A DNA stretch of 35,777 nt, taken from IMG/VR virus record IMGVR_UViG_3300044612_002689, one strand, 5' to 3'. The notes beneath the pieces are model-generated. The model did no database searches and was not told the DNA's origin. It was given only the letters and a program-made list of their open reading frames with translations. This DNA comes from an uncultured virus (IMG/VR IMGVR_UViG_3300044612_002689) (lineage: Duplodnaviria > Heunggongvirae > Uroviricota > Caudoviricetes). A program made the position numbers and the translations under genes. Below, in pieces: positions 34,385 through 35,777 of the stretch; position 1 is the stretch's first letter, and every line of letters begins with the position of its first letter.

Positions 34385-35533
34385 ATGAAATTAGTTTATC
34401 CATTATCTAAAAAAGGAACTAAGACCTCTGGATTTGGTCCTAGATGGGGAAAACATCATAATGGTATTGACATTGCCATACCTGATGGTTCTGATGTGAT
34501 TTCAGTTGCAGATGGTGAAGTTGTTAGATCCGACATGAGAAATAAACGTGGTTATGGTAATTTTATAATAATCAAACATAATGTTGATGGAGAAAATTTC
34601 TATTCAGCCTACGCACATTTAACTCAAAGACTTGTTGATGTGGGTGATAAAGTTAAACAGGGTCAAAAAATTGCCGAATCTGGTGGTGGACAAGGTTTAG
34701 AAGGTGGTGGTGGTAAGTCAACTGGGCCACATTTACATTTTGAAATTAGAAAATCAGAATCTGGAAATTGGGTAAATCCTGAGAAATATCTATCTGGGGC
34801 GGAAATAGTAAGTGGTGAAATCGGTAATAAAGAGACAGTCACAATGACCGTAGCACAAAAGAAAAAAGTTCCAAAAATGGAATCTAAGACTTTTTTTTCT
34901 GGAGGAAACCCAATAAAAATTATATCAACACCAAGTGATCATGCCAAAAGATCCACACCAGATTGGTCATCCAGACATGCTTGGGATATACAAGCACCAA
35001 TAGGCACTTCAGTTTATTCTTTGACACATGGAAAAGTGGCAAAAAAACACGAATCTAGTAAAAAGAAAAAAAATATTTTCGGGACTCAGTTGTCCATTTC
35101 TGGTGAAAATGGTGATCCAAGTGTTTTTTACACACATTTGGATTCTGTAAAGTTAGAACCCGGAGACAAAGTAAAACCTGGTGATTTCATTGGGAAAATA
35201 ACAGAGTGGCCTTCCTATCCAAGTTCAAGCCACGTACACATAGGAACGGATCAAGGAAAAGATATTTTTGAATTTATGGATAAGGAGGGTAATATCAAGA
35301 ATGCTCCAGAAGTACCTTCAGAAGAAGAAGCACCAGAACAAGTAGAGTTCAATGTAGTAAAAGTTGATAAAGAAAAAATAAAAAAGGCATTAGAAGATTT
35401 TTTTTCAACCGGAACTAAAAAACTTGATGATATTGAGGCAGAATTAAACAAACAGAACGCCACAATGTATCCCAACAAAAAAATTTCAGAAGAAAAAAAT
35501 AGAATTCTGGATATTTTTTCAAAAATTTTATAA
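34385..35533 (+). CDS. Tandem M23 peptidase (peptidoglycan endopeptidase) with C-terminal tag
   Basis: Domain 1: HNGID...YAHL...GPHLHFE. Domain 2: AWDI...YTHL...HVHIG. C-terminal ISEEKNRILDIFSKIL. TATTTAT at 34372-34378. Confidence 0.88.
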   Translation: MKLVYPLSKKGTKTSGFGPRWGKHHNGIDIAIPDGSDVISVADGEVVRSDMRNKRGYGNFIIIKHNVDGENFYSAYAHLTQRLVDVGDKVKQGQKIAESGGGQGLEGGGGKSTGPHLHFEIRKSESGNWVNPEKYLSGAEIVSGEIGNKETVTMTVAQKKKVPKMESKTFFSGGNPIKIISTPSDHAKRSTPDWSSRHAWDIQAPIGTSVYSLTHGKVAKKHESSKKKKNIFGTQLSISGENGDPSVFYTHLDSVKLEPGDKVKPGDFIGKITEWPSYPSSSHVHIGTDQGKDIFEFMDKEGNIKNAPEVPSEEEAPEQVEFNVVKVDKEKIKKALEDFFSTGTKKLDDIEAELNKQNATMYPNKKISEEKNRILDIFSKIL

Positions 35534-35538
35534 AAAAA

Positions 35539-35570
35539 TTTGTTTTTTAATTTAAATTTACCTAATTTTG
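35539..35570 (+). promoter_or_regulatory. Bacteroidota primary-sigma promoter
   Basis: TTTG 35539-35542, 20-nt spacer, TAATTTTG 35563-35570. Confidence 0.65.
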
Positions 35571-35593
35571 TATCAAATTAATTAATAGAAACT

Positions 35594-35740
35594 ATGACAG
35601 AAGAAATCACAGTCGAAAAAATTGAAATTTATTATTACTTTAATGAGAGAGGTCTTAAATTTTATACCCCAAATTTAGGTTTTGCACGGGAAAGAGCAAA
35701 CTTTTTTGGGACCGATAAAGTTTACGTTGAAAGTTTTTAA
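35594..35740 (+). CDS. Small hypothetical protein (48 aa), not in ORF track
   Basis: Hand translation: MTEEITVEKIEIYYYFNERGLKFYTPNLGFARERANFFGTDKVYVESF*. Confidence 0.6.
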   Translation: MTEEITVEKIEIYYYFNERGLKFYTPNLGFARERANFFGTDKVYVESF

Positions 35741-35777
35741 AAAAAATTTTCGTTTCGAGTTGACTTTTTCAAATGTT

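Noticed and set aside
126..35478. Short antisense or alternate-frame ORFs in the track (e.g. 126, 1415, 2530, 2916, 5439, 5651, 9264, 10254, 11494, 12094, 18218, 19198, 19947, 20986, 21534, 21854, 22728, 22948, 23352, 24470, 26460, 29150, 31446, 32998, 35251)
   Set aside because: They lie within or overlap better-supported genes and have no motifs or upstream signals. 32998..33216 is the shadow of the holin at 33032..33205.
1..35777. Stop-codon reassignment, as seen in some large Bacteroidota phages
   Set aside because: Code 11 gives long, tightly packed ORFs. TAG and TGA act as real stops at convergent or overlapping junctions (e.g. 1916, 8327-8330, 11793).
1..35777. Eukaryotic giant virus or bacterial chromosome origin
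   Set aside because: Bacterial promoters and terminators, holins and peptidoglycan enzymes argue against an NCLDV. The lack of housekeeping operons and the many orphan genes argue against a chromosome.

Overview
AT-rich, gene-dense fragment of a large tailed phage, most likely infecting Bacteroidota. The host call rests on repeated TTTG-N19/20-TAnnTTTG promoters, T9SS C-terminal-domain homologues and a lipoprotein. No capsid, terminase or polymerase gene lies in the window, so the phage identity is inferred from gene content. Recognisable genes include guaC, a SlyD-like FKBP PPIase, a DoxX-like protein, a DenV-like glycosylase, a three-gene glycosyltransferase/RgpF cluster, a holin + GAF-holin + tandem-M23 lysis region, tRNA-Arg(UCU) and an aberrant tRNA-Leu(UAA)-like RNA. 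The main unexplained structure is that about 20 mostly unrelated proteins carry short, related amphipathic N- or C-terminal tags ending at (I/L)-x-E sites, and nearly all are preceded by a TATTTAT motif. Host-modifying genes use host-type promoters instead. This suggests a late-expressed, tag-addressed, protease-matured virion cargo system. It includes a three-member polymorphic family with a shared N-domain and swapped C-termini, one of which looks like an OspF/LanKC-type phospho-Ser/Thr lyase. All family calls come from motif recognition by eye, not from database searches.
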